Assembly (NCBI GenBank): GCA_034428415.1
Contig: DAOUHS010000042.1
Location: forward strand, 1-54,355
Direction of reading: 5' to 3'
Origin: Dehalococcoidia bacterium
GTDB taxonomy: Bacteria; Chloroflexota; Dehalococcoidia; Bin125
Length of the DNA: 54,355 nucleotides
A program made the translations under genes and the position numbers. The notes under the pieces were generated by a model that was not told where the DNA came from, ran no database searches, and saw only the letters and a list, made by a program, of their open reading frames with translations. This document shows, one piece after another, positions 1 through 9,731 of the stretch; the stretch's first letter is position 1, and each line of letters starts with the position of its first letter.

Positions 1-268
1 GAACCTGAAACCGTTCAGACCCCAATCCCCCGTAAAACACTGGAGATCGCGCCTCAAGGGGCCGCAGAAAAAATTTCTCCCGAAACCCTGAATCCAGCCC
101 TGCCCGCGACCCCGGACGCAACGACCCCGGCCCTCCTGGCAGCGGCCTTAAGCGCAAAAGCTGCCATCCTCAATACCCGTGGGCGGTTCCCGCCGCCTCC
201 CGTTCCAGAGCGGCCCTCGCCGTCATCGCGGCGATCACCGCCGACCGCCGATGCCCTGACATCGCCGT

Positions 269-343
269 TGGTCCCCCCGGGAGGATTCGAACCTCCGCGC
301 GCGGTTTAGGAAACCGGTGCTCTATCCCCTGAGCTACGGGGGG
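269..343 (-). tRNA. tRNA-Arg (anticodon CCT), CCA encoded
   Basis: The reverse complement is ccccccgtagctcaggggatagagcaccggtttcctaaaccgcgcgcggaggttcgaatcctcccggggggacca. It folds as a cloverleaf: acceptor CCCCCCG/CGGGGGG, D-arm GCTC-AGGGGATA-GAGC, anticodon loop TT-CCT-AA, T-arm GGAGG-TTCGAAT-CCTCC, discriminator A plus CCA. 75 nt. Confidence 0.88.
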
Positions 344-437
344 TATCGCTGAGTCTATTCCGGCACTGCCTGGTTGACCCTCGAACCCCATCTGTATCCT
401 GTATGTAGAAGTTGTTCAAGATCTAGGAGCGCTATCC

Positions 438-692
438 ATGCCGATGTACGAGTACTACTGCCGACCCTGCAACGAAAAGTTCACCAAGCGGCGACCCATG
501 ACTGCCGCCGCGAAGCCATTCAAGCACGACTGTGGCAGCGTCGCCCAGAAAGTGCTCACCGCCGCCGTCGTGACCGTCGCCGGAGAGTTCTCCGACATCG
601 AAGCCGCCGAAGCCATGCCCGCCGGCGGCGGTTGCGCCTGCGGTCGAGGTTCCTGTGGCTGCGGCGCCGGCGGCATGGGCGCGCTCAACTAG
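438..692 (+). CDS. FmdB-family zinc-ribbon putative regulatory protein
   Basis: The N-terminus MPMYEYYCRPCNEKF with a second Cys pair (HDCGS) is the FmdB/CxxC_CxxC_SSSS signature. The tail is Gly/Cys-rich. AGGAG lies 8 nt upstream of the ATG. Confidence 0.8.
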   Translation: MPMYEYYCRPCNEKFTKRRPMTAAAKPFKHDCGSVAQKVLTAAVVTVAGEFSDIEAAEAMPAGGGCACGRGSCGCGAGGMGALN

Positions 693-736
693 TGCCTGAT
701 TCGTTCCGGCCCGTCGAACAGCGTTGAGGTCGACAG

Positions 737-2218
737 GTGAAACGCAGCATCAGGTTGCTGGCTGCTGGAGCTCTGCTAGCCGGCGCCGTTGTAGCGGCGG
801 TCTTGTTCAGCGCCGTCGTCCCCCTCGACTTCGCTGTCTCCGACAATCACACCGACGGCGAAATCGACGTTCGCGTCCAGGCTCGGCAGACCGCAAGCGG
901 TCGCGTCGAGCTGCGGGCGCAATCCCGCCTGGGCCGCAACGAGTGGATGACTCACACGCCCGATGCCCGCTTCCTGCCCACGCAACCCGAGCCCGGCAAA
1001 TGGTACTCGAGTAACTCGATTGGCGTCAGCCTTCCTGCTCCGGCGCCCGATGTCTCAGACGAAGCGGCCTACACGCAGTCGTTCGTCGCTCAGGCGATTG
1101 ACTACCACCAGCGCCACGGTCTTGAAGCGACGCTGTCGCACTACAACTCGCCGGAGAGCGTGGACGGTCAGTGGTACGTGTTCATCTTGGATCAAGATGA
1201 CGTCTTCATCGCTCACGAGAACGCCAACCTGCTTGGTATGGCTGCCGCCGATGTCAACGGTCCCAACCAATATCCAGTAGGGCGGATCGTGGTCGCCGCG
1301 GCGAGTGTGCAGGGCGCCTGGGTTGACTATCCGTTCAACAATCCGACGACGGGGCAAGCCGAAATCAAGCACTCGTGGATCGTGCGCCACGATGGCCTGA
1401 TCTTCGGCTCGGGCTGGTACGAGCCGGCGCCCTCGAAGACTCGTGCCCCAGGGGCCTACACGCAGTCATTAGTCGCCAGCGCGATCGAGCTATATGACGT
1501 GCTCGGCCGAGACGCCTTAGTCGAGCACTACAACACCCCCGAGAGCGCCGACGGCTCGTGGTATGTGTTCGTCATCGGCGAGGACGGACGCAATCTCGCC
1601 CACCAGGTGCCCGACCTGATCGGTCTTGTCACGGCCGAGGTGGACGTGGACGGCTACCCGGCCGGCGCGATGGTCGTCGCCGCGGCCACCGACGAAGGTG
1701 CCTGGGTCGACTACCAGTACACCAACCTGGAGACCAATCGCTCTGAGACCAAGCATTCCTGGGTCGTCAAGCACCAGGGGCTGATTATCGGTTCCGGTTG
1801 GTACGAAACAGGACCGTCCAAAGAGCACGAGCCGGCCGGCTACGCGCAGGCGCTGGTGGAACGCTCGTTGGAGCTGTATCGCCTGCTCGGTCGTGAAGCG
1901 CTGATCGAGTACCACAACTCGCCCGAGAGCCTGGACGGCGAGTGGTACGTGTTCATCATCGCCTCAGATGGCACGCGGCTCGCGCATCCCGTCCTGCAGG
2001 TGGGAGTGAACATCCTCGACGGTGACCCCGACATTACCGGCTACAACTTCCGCGCGGATATTGTCGCAGTCGAAGATCGCGATTGGGTGAGCTACGTGTT
2101 TGAGAATCCCGAAACAGGCGAGCAGGGACAGAAACACACCTGGGTCATTCGACACGATGGTCTGCTCTTTGCCGCTGGGTGGTACGAAGCAGGCGTCTAC
2201 GAGGCGCCCGACCCCTGA
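737..2218 (+). CDS. Membrane-anchored extracytoplasmic protein with three tandem Cache-like (sCache_2-like) modules
   Basis: GTG start and an N-terminal hydrophobic helix (LLAAGALLAGAVVAAVLFSAVV). Three ~128-aa repeats follow, each with YTQSxV..AI..Y...G.......YN.PES.DG.WYVF......AH......G...........WV.Y.F.NP.TG....KH.W...H.GL.FG.GWYE. Confidence 0.7.
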   Translation: MKRSIRLLAAGALLAGAVVAAVLFSAVVPLDFAVSDNHTDGEIDVRVQARQTASGRVELRAQSRLGRNEWMTHTPDARFLPTQPEPGKWYSSNSIGVSLPAPAPDVSDEAAYTQSFVAQAIDYHQRHGLEATLSHYNSPESVDGQWYVFILDQDDVFIAHENANLLGMAAADVNGPNQYPVGRIVVAAASVQGAWVDYPFNNPTTGQAEIKHSWIVRHDGLIFGSGWYEPAPSKTRAPGAYTQSLVASAIELYDVLGRDALVEHYNTPESADGSWYVFVIGEDGRNLAHQVPDLIGLVTAEVDVDGYPAGAMVVAAATDEGAWVDYQYTNLETNRSETKHSWVVKHQGLIIGSGWYETGPSKEHEPAGYAQALVERSLELYRLLGREALIEYHNSPESLDGEWYVFIIASDGTRLAHPVLQVGVNILDGDPDITGYNFRADIVAVEDRDWVSYVFENPETGEQGQKHTWVIRHDGLLFAAGWYEAGVYEAPDP

Positions 2219-2931
2219 TCTCGAATGAGCCAGCCACCTCGCCGCTGAATCCATAGGTAGATTGCAGACAGCGCCCCAGCAGAGCTGACGAATGCCAGCG
2301 TGACTCCGCCGATCAGCAGCGTGGTGTCGAAGAAGAAGCGCTGCGGGAATAGCTGGATCAAACCGTCGCGTGAACTGAGTTGCCAAAGATCGTTAGTGAA
2401 GAAGAGCAGGTGAAAGCTACGAAAGGCCGACTCGAAGCCTGAGACGGCGATGATCGCCAGGACGATGACCAGGGCGGCGACTATCCCGCAGGCCCACAGC
2501 AGCGAGCGCGAAATCGCGCGAAATGACTCCCGTCCCCTTCGCCAAATCAGGAACGCGAAGAACGCGACGACGTAGCCGAATGCCGCCCAACCGGCGTCGA
2601 AGGTGCGCGCCATGAGACGCTTCACATCAATCATGTGCAGGACTTCCCGCTCCGAATAGAAGGAAGCGCCCCCCACGCCGACGTTGAGACGTTCCTCGTC
2701 GTTGACCAGGTATTCGCGGGTCTCTGTCGCTACTCTCAGCACTTCGCTCTGCGGCAGGCCGGTCCGGCGCGTTGCGTCATAGCGTTCGAATCCTCTCTCC
2801 CACCAGGAAGACGAGGTGGTCGCATAGCGGACCGTCGCGGCAACAGGCAGTGTGAAGAGCGCCAGTGCCAGCCCGATCAGGGCGACGGCGCGTAACAGGT
2901 CGGTTGGCGAAGTCCCAGCGATAGTCTTCAT
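2197..2931 (-). CDS. TIGR01906/DUF1461-family integral membrane protein (Lit-like)
   Basis: Multi-TM profile with a conserved-looking loop motif, SEREVLHMIDVKRLM. It overlaps the preceding gene convergently by 22 nt. Confidence 0.55.
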   Translation of the reverse strand: MKTIAGTSPTDLLRAVALIGLALALFTLPVAATVRYATTSSSWWERGFERYDATRRTGLPQSEVLRVATETREYLVNDEERLNVGVGGASFYSEREVLHMIDVKRLMARTFDAGWAAFGYVVAFFAFLIWRRGRESFRAISRSLLWACGIVAALVIVLAIIAVSGFESAFRSFHLLFFTNDLWQLSSRDGLIQLFPQRFFFDTTLLIGGVTLAFVSSAGALSAIYLWIQRRGGWLIRDQGSGAS

Positions 2932-2969
2932 ATGTCAAGCATGAGCCTATCGTCAGACGGAGACCGCCA

Positions 2970-3896
2970 ATGTCCGTGACCCTGTCCCAAATCATCGAAG
3001 CGGCCGACCTGACCAACGAAGACACGCTGACCATCGTGAGGGCGTCGGCCGAGCAAGCTCCGGTTACGACCGGCAAACTGCTTGTGCTGATCGATGATCG
3101 GGCCAATCTTGCGACAGCCCTTCGTCACTATCCCGATACGCATCGGCTGCGCATTATCGACACGACCCTCCGAGTCTGGAACTCGGAAGTCGAGGAGGCG
3201 CTGACGGACCCGCCGCCGGACGCCGTCGCGCTGGTGGTGGACCCGATTCCGCTGTTCGACGTCCGCAACGCTCCTGACGGCGTGCGTGGCGTGATGGACC
3301 GTCTCCGAGATCCGGTCGACGGTTGCCCCTGGGACAACGCCCAGACCCATGAAAGCCTGCGACCCCATTTGCTTGAGGAAACCTATGAGGTCCTGGAGGC
3401 GATTGCTGCGGGCGAGCCGGCCGAACTGTGCGAAGAACTTGGCGATCTGATGATGCAGGTCGTGCTTCACGCCAAGCTCGCAGAGCAGGCCGGCGAATTC
3501 ACAATCGACGATGTCGCTGAGGGCATACGGTCCAAGCTGGTGCGACGGCACCCGCACGTCTTCGCGGACGGTAACGCGGACACTCCGAAGCTGCTCGAGG
3601 GCGCCTGGGAGCGACTCAAGGCTCGGGAGCGTCCCCACCGGGAATCCGTCCTGGACGGCGTGCCGAAGACGCTCCCTGCTCTCGCCCGGGCGCAATCGAT
3701 TCTTGGTCGGGCCGAGCGCAATGGCTTTGACCGTCAGTCGTCCCGGTTCGACGACCTGGGTCAACGGCTGCTGGATCTCGTGCAGGACGCACGCCGTCAG
3801 GATGTGTCGGCGGAGGACGCCTTGAAGGATGCGTTGGGAGCATTTGAACGGGACGTCAGAGCACAGGAACAGGAGCAGCGCTCTAGGCTCGAGTGA
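2970..3896 (+). CDS. mazG: MazG-family nucleoside triphosphate pyrophosphohydrolase
   Basis: Motifs RLRDPVDGCPWDNAQTHESL..LLEETYEVLEAI and ELGDLMMQVVLHAKLA...IRSKLVRRHPHVF. The ~100-aa N-terminal segment resembles the remnant domain of YabN-type MazG proteins. Confidence 0.85.
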   Translation: MSVTLSQIIEAADLTNEDTLTIVRASAEQAPVTTGKLLVLIDDRANLATALRHYPDTHRLRIIDTTLRVWNSEVEEALTDPPPDAVALVVDPIPLFDVRNAPDGVRGVMDRLRDPVDGCPWDNAQTHESLRPHLLEETYEVLEAIAAGEPAELCEELGDLMMQVVLHAKLAEQAGEFTIDDVAEGIRSKLVRRHPHVFADGNADTPKLLEGAWERLKARERPHRESVLDGVPKTLPALARAQSILGRAERNGFDRQSSRFDDLGQRLLDLVQDARRQDVSAEDALKDALGAFERDVRAQEQEQRSRLE

Positions 3897-6165
3897 GGTT
3901 CGCCATTGATGCGAGCAGCCGCTTCACGCCGGTTTCGGCAAACCGCACGGTCACCTCGGCGTCGCGGCCGATGGTCCGCAATGAGATCACGACGCCGTGA
4001 CCAAAGATTTCGTGCGAGACTTCGTCGCCCTCTTCGAGTCCCACCGAAGGCCCAGCTACTGGCTCCGGATCGAAACTGTCAAAGTCGTCCCAACGCACGG
4101 TCCGGTTGCGCGCGGGCCGCACGTCTGAACCAACGCGGGCCTGCTGCCGCTGATGGCGTTGGAGCAGTTCCTCCGGAATGTCGGCCAGGAATCGAGACGG
4201 TGGGTTGTGTCCGGAGCGTCCCTGGTAGGCGCGCCGGAAGGCGTGCAGCAGGTGAAGCTCGCGCATTGCGCGGGTCATGCCGACATAACAGAGTCGCCGC
4301 TCTTCCTGGAGCTGGGCGGGATCATCGATCGAGAGCTGATGCGGCAACAAATGCTCCTCCATGCCGATCATGAAGACGACCGGAAACTCCAGGCCTTTGG
4401 CCTGGTGCAGGGTGATCAAAGTGACCGCGTCGGGAGGACCATCCGGCAAGTCGTCGACGTCGGCGACCAGCGCGACATCCTCCAGAAAGGCGTCCAAGGC
4501 CGCGCCCGGGGCGATCTCGGAGTAGTTCTCGGTCACGGTGATCAGTTCCTGGACGTTTTCCCAGCGACTCTCCGCTTCCGTTTCACTGTCCGCCTGGCGC
4601 ACGAGCCACTCGCGATAGTGCGTCTTGACCAAGATCGCTCGCAAGGCATCGGAGAGCGGCTCCTTGGCTGCCTGCAATCGAGCGTGCTCAATCAACGAGA
4701 CGAAGTCGCGCAGAGAACCGGCGGCGCGTCGCGATACGTCGGGCGGCGCGAGGTAGCCGCCAAGGGCATCGTTGTGGAGGCCGGCAGCCGCAGAGGCCGC
4801 CTCATACGGCGAACGCGCGTTTGTCGCGGCCCACTCGGCCAGGGTCTCGACGGTCTTGGCTCCTACGCCGCGGATCGGGACATTGACGACGCGCGCAAAC
4901 GCCACAGGGTCGGCGGGATTGCGCACCAGCCGGAGATAAGCAAGCAGATCGCGAACTTCGCGGCGGTCGTAAAAGCGGGTCGCGCCGACGAGTCGGTAGG
5001 GAATTCCGTGTTGGACCAGCGATTCCTCGATCGCGCGGGATTGCGCGTTGGTGCGGTACAGGACGGCCGCGTCGCCCGGTCGCAACGAGCCGTCTCGCAA
5101 TCCGCGCTCGACATGGCTTGAGATGTACTCCGCCTCGTCCGACTCGCTGTACGCCTCGTGCAGACGAGGTAGCGGGCCGTCGGCATTCTCAGTGACGAGG
5201 CGCCGCTTGATTCGGTCGGCGGCGCGGTCGATGACCGTGTTCGCTGCGTCGAGAATCTGTTGCGTCGAGCGGTAGTTGTTGTTCAGCTGTACTTCAGCGG
5301 CATCCTCGTGATCGCGGACGAAGTAGTTGAGGTTTCGAATGTCGGCGGAGCGCCACGAGTAGATTGATTGGTCGGGATCGCCAACGACAGTCAGGTTGCC
5401 GCTGCCCGCCGACCAGGCGCGGGCCAATTGGTACTGGATCGTGGACGTGTCCTGGAACTCGTCGACGAGCACGTGCTCGAAGCGATCTTCAAAGGACCGA
5501 CGAACCTCTTCGTGTTCGAACAGCTCGAGCGCCTTAAGCAGCAAGTCGTCGAAGTCGAGCGCGGCTGCATCAGCGAGGGTGTCCGCGTAGCGTTCCCACA
5601 CGCGAGCCGCGACTTCGTCAAAGTAGGAACTGGTCGAGGTCGCGAAGTCGGTCAGCGTGTCGCCCTCGGACTTGGCTCTCGAGATTCGGCTGAGCACGGC
5701 TCTGGGCGGATACTGCTTTGGATCGAGCTGCAAGTCCTTGAGCGCGCCGCGTACGACCTGCATCTGATCATCGCTATCGAAGATGACGAAGTTACGCGGA
5801 ACGCCGATCTCCGGACCCTGCGCTCTCAACATTCGCACGCAGGTGCGGTGAAATGTGCCCAGCCAGACTCGGTCGGCGTCGACTGTAGCGATCAGTGCTT
5901 CGACCCGGGCGCGCATCTCCCGGGCGGCTCGGTTCGTAAACGTGACCGCGAGGATGCTCCAGGGCGGCGTGCCCCGCTCGATCAACCACGCGATTCGATG
6001 GGTGATCACGCGGGTCTTGCCCGAGCCGGGACCCGCGATCACCAATAGGGGGCCGTGCGGATGCGTGACAGCGTCTCGCTGTGCGTCGTTGAGATGCTTG
6101 AGATCCAGCGCTGCGTGTCGACGGTCGGTTTCGGGCGGCGCAAATTCAGTCATCGTAGCGAGCAT
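3883..6165 (-). CDS. pcrA: ATP-dependent DNA helicase, PcrA/UvrD family (SF1)
   Basis: Walker A is VIAGPGSGKTRV. Further motifs are TFTNRAAREM, VDEFQDTS, VVGDPDQSIYSWR, YRS, TLHQAKGLEF and VGMTRA. The alternative start M5 is at 6153. Confidence 0.92.
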   Translation of the reverse strand: MLATMTEFAPPETDRRHAALDLKHLNDAQRDAVTHPHGPLLVIAGPGSGKTRVITHRIAWLIERGTPPWSILAVTFTNRAAREMRARVEALIATVDADRVWLGTFHRTCVRMLRAQGPEIGVPRNFVIFDSDDQMQVVRGALKDLQLDPKQYPPRAVLSRISRAKSEGDTLTDFATSTSSYFDEVAARVWERYADTLADAAALDFDDLLLKALELFEHEEVRRSFEDRFEHVLVDEFQDTSTIQYQLARAWSAGSGNLTVVGDPDQSIYSWRSADIRNLNYFVRDHEDAAEVQLNNNYRSTQQILDAANTVIDRAADRIKRRLVTENADGPLPRLHEAYSESDEAEYISSHVERGLRDGSLRPGDAAVLYRTNAQSRAIEESLVQHGIPYRLVGATRFYDRREVRDLLAYLRLVRNPADPVAFARVVNVPIRGVGAKTVETLAEWAATNARSPYEAASAAAGLHNDALGGYLAPPDVSRRAAGSLRDFVSLIEHARLQAAKEPLSDALRAILVKTHYREWLVRQADSETEAESRWENVQELITVTENYSEIAPGAALDAFLEDVALVADVDDLPDGPPDAVTLITLHQAKGLEFPVVFMIGMEEHLLPHQLSIDDPAQLQEERRLCYVGMTRAMRELHLLHAFRRAYQGRSGHNPPSRFLADIPEELLQRHQRQQARVGSDVRPARNRTVRWDDFDSFDPEPVAGPSVGLEEGDEVSHEIFGHGVVISLRTIGRDAEVTVRFAETGVKRLLASMANLTRA

Positions 6166-6217
6166 ACCGGCGAGATCGACCTATAGTGGCGGCAGCGGGG
6201 TGTAGCAGAGGCGTTCC

Positions 6218-6832
6218 ATGCTCGACGGAGTCGGCATTTCCTGGCCCGGTGGTTCTCCTGAGAACACCGGACTGATCCTCGCACTGATCGTCGGCGCATA
6301 CTTCGTGGTGCTCTGGCTTTCCGCAGTGGTCTGGACCGCGCGCGACATCCATCAGCGCACACCTGAGCCGATGGCACAGTTGGTCTTCACGTTGATCGTC
6401 CTGATCTTCAATTTTCCAGGGCTCGTGGTCTACCGCGTGCTGCGGCCGCCGCTGACTCTGCTGGAGGCCGAAGAACATCGGCTGGAATCCAGCGCCCTGT
6501 TACGAGAGTTGGAGCAAACGCTGCCCTGTCCTCGTTGCCGCGGCGCGATTGCGGAAGACTACCTCGCCTGTCCGCGATGCGCGCTGCCACTGCGACTCTC
6601 CTGCGAGTCCTGCGAGCGTGTGCTTGATCCCGATTGGCAGATTTGTCCCTGGTGCACGACCGCGATTCCGCGGAGCCAGAGCGGAGATCCGCCCGCGTCA
6701 AGTGGAACACCGGACATTGCCGAGCCGGGGAATATCCTCGCGGAGGCCGGGAGCCAACCACCCCAATCGACTTCTCCCGGTTCATCGAGCGCGGCCCATG
6801 TCCAATCTTCTCGAGTCCCGACTCTCGATTAA
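6218..6832 (+). CDS. Membrane protein with PLDc_N-like N-terminal TM domain and double zinc ribbon
   Basis: Two TM helices (LILALIVGAYFVVLWLSAVVW, LVFTLIVLIFNFPGLVVY). These are followed by CPRC...CPRC...CESC...CPWC. Confidence 0.65.
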   Translation: MLDGVGISWPGGSPENTGLILALIVGAYFVVLWLSAVVWTARDIHQRTPEPMAQLVFTLIVLIFNFPGLVVYRVLRPPLTLLEAEEHRLESSALLRELEQTLPCPRCRGAIAEDYLACPRCALPLRLSCESCERVLDPDWQICPWCTTAIPRSQSGDPPASSGTPDIAEPGNILAEAGSQPPQSTSPGSSSAAHVQSSRVPTLD

Positions 6833-7640
6833 CGGCGTCGCCGGGATCGTTACTTGCGTCAGCGAGCGTGACGACGAGGAAGCCGTCGTTTGCCTTCATA
6901 GTGTCCCCGGTTCGGGCCGCGACTTCCAATGGCTGTTGCCTGAAACCGAGAAGATCGTGCGCTCCGTCGCCTTCGATCTGCCTGGGTTCGGACGAGCTGA
7001 CAAGCCGCGCGATTTCCCGTATTCGATCGAGGGCTATCAACAGTGGCTCGCGCCGGCGATCGATGCGTTGGGCATCAAGCGAGTCCACCTCGTGCTGCAC
7101 AGCTTTCATAGCCAGACGGGTTTGATGTGGGCGGCGATGCACCCGGATCAGTGCCGCTCAATCACGCTGCTCGACGGAGGCGTGCTGGAGGATTATCGCG
7201 GCAATCTGGTCGCCAATATCTGGCGCAAGAAGTACGCCGGCGAGGTTCTCCAGTTGATCACAACCCGGCCCATGTTCAAGCTCTTCATGCGCCTGGGCAA
7301 TCCGCGTGGACTGAACCCGCAGTGGTTGGATGACCTGATCACCGAGGACGACCGCGCGACCCGTCGCGTGGCCCTTGAGCTGTATCGCAATACCAATTTC
7401 GATGACGCCAAGATCCTGCAGCTGGCGTTGTCGCCGCGCGACATTCCGGCACTGGTGATCTTCGGCCGCAACGATCCGTTCATTAGCTGGCGATACGCCG
7501 AGCGGCAACGGGAGACGTTCGCATCCGCCGAGGTGCACGTCTGGGACGACTGCGGCCACTTTCCCCACGTCCAACATCCTGAGCGGACGGCGGAGCAAGT
7601 GACCGCGTTCCTGCAATCGGTGGTTAATTCGGCAGATTAG
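6798..7640 (+). CDS. Alpha/beta hydrolase
   Basis: The internal ATG at 6798 (MSNLLESRLSING...) precedes the fold core VVCLHSVPGSGRDF, the nucleophile elbow LHSFHS region and a C-terminal CGHFPHVQ. The upstream 83 codons of ORF 6549.. overlap the previous gene and look non-coding. Confidence 0.8.
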   Translation: MSNLLESRLSINGVAGIVTCVSERDDEEAVVCLHSVPGSGRDFQWLLPETEKIVRSVAFDLPGFGRADKPRDFPYSIEGYQQWLAPAIDALGIKRVHLVLHSFHSQTGLMWAAMHPDQCRSITLLDGGVLEDYRGNLVANIWRKKYAGEVLQLITTRPMFKLFMRLGNPRGLNPQWLDDLITEDDRATRRVALELYRNTNFDDAKILQLALSPRDIPALVIFGRNDPFISWRYAERQRETFASAEVHVWDDCGHFPHVQHPERTAEQVTAFLQSVVNSAD

Positions 7641-7645
7641 CCGGA

Positions 7646-8983
7646 TTAGTCGAGCGCTCCTAACTCGACGGCGAGGTTGGCCGTCTTCTTCATCTGCTCG
7701 AAGCGCTCCATCTGCTCGCGAGCGCGCTCTTCGGCGCCCTCGTGGTGGAACTCCGTCTCGCTCTGTGTCTCGCTGGCGACGACATCGAATCCGTACGGAC
7801 CGTAAGTGGGAATGTCGTCGTCCGAGAGTTCGGCCATCATCTCGTTGCGTTCTGCCTTGCGCTTGAACGCTTCCTCGATGTACGGCGCCAGCTCCTCTTC
7901 CTTGCGAGCGACCCGCTCGGCCTCAAACTCCTTAAACTCTGGCATCACTTCGCTGGCGAAGGTCTCAAGCGAGTCGCAAATGTGCTCGTGGCGGTTATTG
8001 CCAGCCTGCTGGATGAAGACCGACTGGTCGACGCCGCACTCGGAGAAGATGCGCAGGTGCTCGCGCAGCTCGTCAGGAGTGCCGATGCCGCCCTCGCCGC
8101 CCTGCGGCGGCCATGTGTCGCGGACCTGCTCCCAGGCCTTCCAGATGTTGGTGCGGCCCGGCTTGTGCATGCCGGCGGCGTAGTGGTGACCCAGGGCGAA
8201 CTGGAAGAATCGGAACCCGTCACCGCCACGCGCTTCAGCCTCGGCCGCGTCCGGGTGGACAGAGAACGACGAGACCATCGCGATATTCGCATTGACCGAG
8301 TGGCCGATCGGCACGCATTCGGTCTTGATCGTTTCGTAATAGTCGTTCACCCAGTGCTCGGCTTCGGCCGGGTCGATGAACGCGAACGTCAGCGCGCCGA
8401 TGCCGAGTTTGGCGGCGAGATGGATGGTGTCGCGGTTGGAGCAGGCGACCCAGAGCGGCGGGTGCGGCTTCTGCACCGGTTTGGGCACGACGTTGCGGGT
8501 CGGCATCGAGAAGTACTGGCCCTCGTAACCCGGATACGGGTTCATGGCCAACATGTTGGCGACCTGCTCGACGGTCTCGAGCCACATCGAACGGCGTTCT
8601 TCCGGATTGATCCGGTAGCCCTCAAGCTCGGCGCGTGAGGCGGACTCGCCGGTACCGAAGTCGACGCGCCCGTTTGAGACGAGGTCCAGGGTCGCGATTC
8701 GCTCGGCGACGCGGGCCGGGTGATTGTAGCCCGGAGGCATCAGGACGATGCCGTGCCCGAGGCGAATGTTCTGGGTGCGCTGCGAGGCGGCCGCGAGGAA
8801 GACCTCGGGCGCTGAGGAGTGCGAGTACTCCTCGAGGAAGTGGTGTTCTACTTCCCAGGCGTGGTCGATGCCGAGTTTGTCGGCGAGTTCGACCTGGTCC
8901 AACGCGTCCTGGAAGAGTTGTTGCTCTTGTCCTTCGCTCCACGGCTTCGGCAGTTGGTGCTCGTAGAAGATTCCGAATTTCAT
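7646..8983 (-). CDS. LLM-class (luciferase-like) flavin-dependent oxidoreductase
   Basis: MKFGIFYEHQLPKPW..., GIDHAWEVEHHF and LGHGIVLMP are typical of a bacterial luciferase-like TIM barrel. There is an acidic C-terminal extension. Confidence 0.85.
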   Translation of the reverse strand: MKFGIFYEHQLPKPWSEGQEQQLFQDALDQVELADKLGIDHAWEVEHHFLEEYSHSSAPEVFLAAASQRTQNIRLGHGIVLMPPGYNHPARVAERIATLDLVSNGRVDFGTGESASRAELEGYRINPEERRSMWLETVEQVANMLAMNPYPGYEGQYFSMPTRNVVPKPVQKPHPPLWVACSNRDTIHLAAKLGIGALTFAFIDPAEAEHWVNDYYETIKTECVPIGHSVNANIAMVSSFSVHPDAAEAEARGGDGFRFFQFALGHHYAAGMHKPGRTNIWKAWEQVRDTWPPQGGEGGIGTPDELREHLRIFSECGVDQSVFIQQAGNNRHEHICDSLETFASEVMPEFKEFEAERVARKEEELAPYIEEAFKRKAERNEMMAELSDDDIPTYGPYGFDVVASETQSETEFHHEGAEERAREQMERFEQMKKTANLAVELGALD

Positions 8984-9016
8984 GCGCGGCTCCGTTCGTG
9001 TCGGGTTCTCTTGAGT

Positions 9017-9700
9017 CTAGGAGACGACAACGATTTCCAGGCCGTGGAGGATCACGGTCGCCCGTGCATCGATTAGTGGCGGAAATGGGTCGCCCGGCTC
9101 GTCGGAGGTAGGTAAGCCTCTGGTCGCTGCTTCGGCGTCGGTGTACCAAAGTTCGGCGACGCCATCCCACGGCCCGCCATCCGCTCCCTGGTTGGCATGC
9201 GAGGTGGTGTAGCGAAGGCATCGGCCATCGGCACGGGCGATCGTGTTGGCGACTCGAGGAGAGTGTCCATCAGTCCATGCCGCGAACAGTTCTTCACGGC
9301 TCACGCCCTCGCCCTTCTTGACAAACGCGACCCATTTGCATGCGTCTGCTGACGGCTCCGAGTCGACGATGATGTTCTCGGTCGTGAACATGCCGTCGGT
9401 TGTGGGCTCAATCAGATCGCCGAATCCGTCGATTCCTCGCAACGCACCGCGCTGCTCACCGAATGCCTCGTTGAAGTGCTCGAAATCGCGGAACCAGAGT
9501 TCGGCGACGCCGTCATAGGGCATCTCGTCGGTTGGAGGAGGGCCGCCGAGCGATCCGGGACTCTCGAAGAACGTGACACAGTAGCGCAACGGCTTGGCCA
9601 GGTTGGCCACGTGAGGCGCATGGATGCAGCGCCAAAATTCACGGAGAGTGTCCGTGTCGACGCCTTCCTTCTTCGTTACGGGGACGATCCATTTCAACAT
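9017..9700 (-). CDS. EthD-domain protein (two tandem EthD-like halves)
   Basis: Two repeats of K.V.FVKKxEGVS.E.F...W...H.P.V........Y.......DGVAELW. 227 aa. Confidence 0.7.
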   Translation of the reverse strand: MLKWIVPVTKKEGVDTDTLREFWRCIHAPHVANLAKPLRYCVTFFESPGSLGGPPPTDEMPYDGVAELWFRDFEHFNEAFGEQRGALRGIDGFGDLIEPTTDGMFTTENIIVDSEPSADACKWVAFVKKGEGVSREELFAAWTDGHSPRVANTIARADGRCLRYTTSHANQGADGGPWDGVAELWYTDAEAATRGLPTSDEPGDPFPPLIDARATVILHGLEIVVVS

Positions 9701-9731
9701 GATGCGCTCGCTTCCTCTGCCGACGAATGGC

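Noticed and set aside
1-309. Frame-1 reading frame on the plus strand, open from the window edge, encoding a Pro/Ala/Thr-rich peptide
   Set aside because: It has no stop until position 307-309, inside the tRNA gene on the opposite strand. It has no recognisable domain. It may be the low-complexity tail of an upstream gene, but the sequence here does not support a call.
170-391. 73-aa minus-strand ORF
   Set aside because: It runs straight through the tRNA-Arg gene (269-343) on the same strand. Its composition is driven by the tRNA and flanking GC-rich DNA.
269-2218. Integrative element or genomic island inserted at the tRNA-Arg gene
   Set aside because: No integrase, excisionase or transposase lies next to the tRNA. 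I saw no direct repeat of the tRNA 3' end elsewhere in the window, though that check was by eye only.
6549-6797. Upstream extension of the alpha/beta hydrolase ORF
   Set aside because: It overlaps the zinc-ribbon membrane protein gene in another frame and is Arg/Pro-rich. The hydrolase fold begins right after the ATG at 6798.
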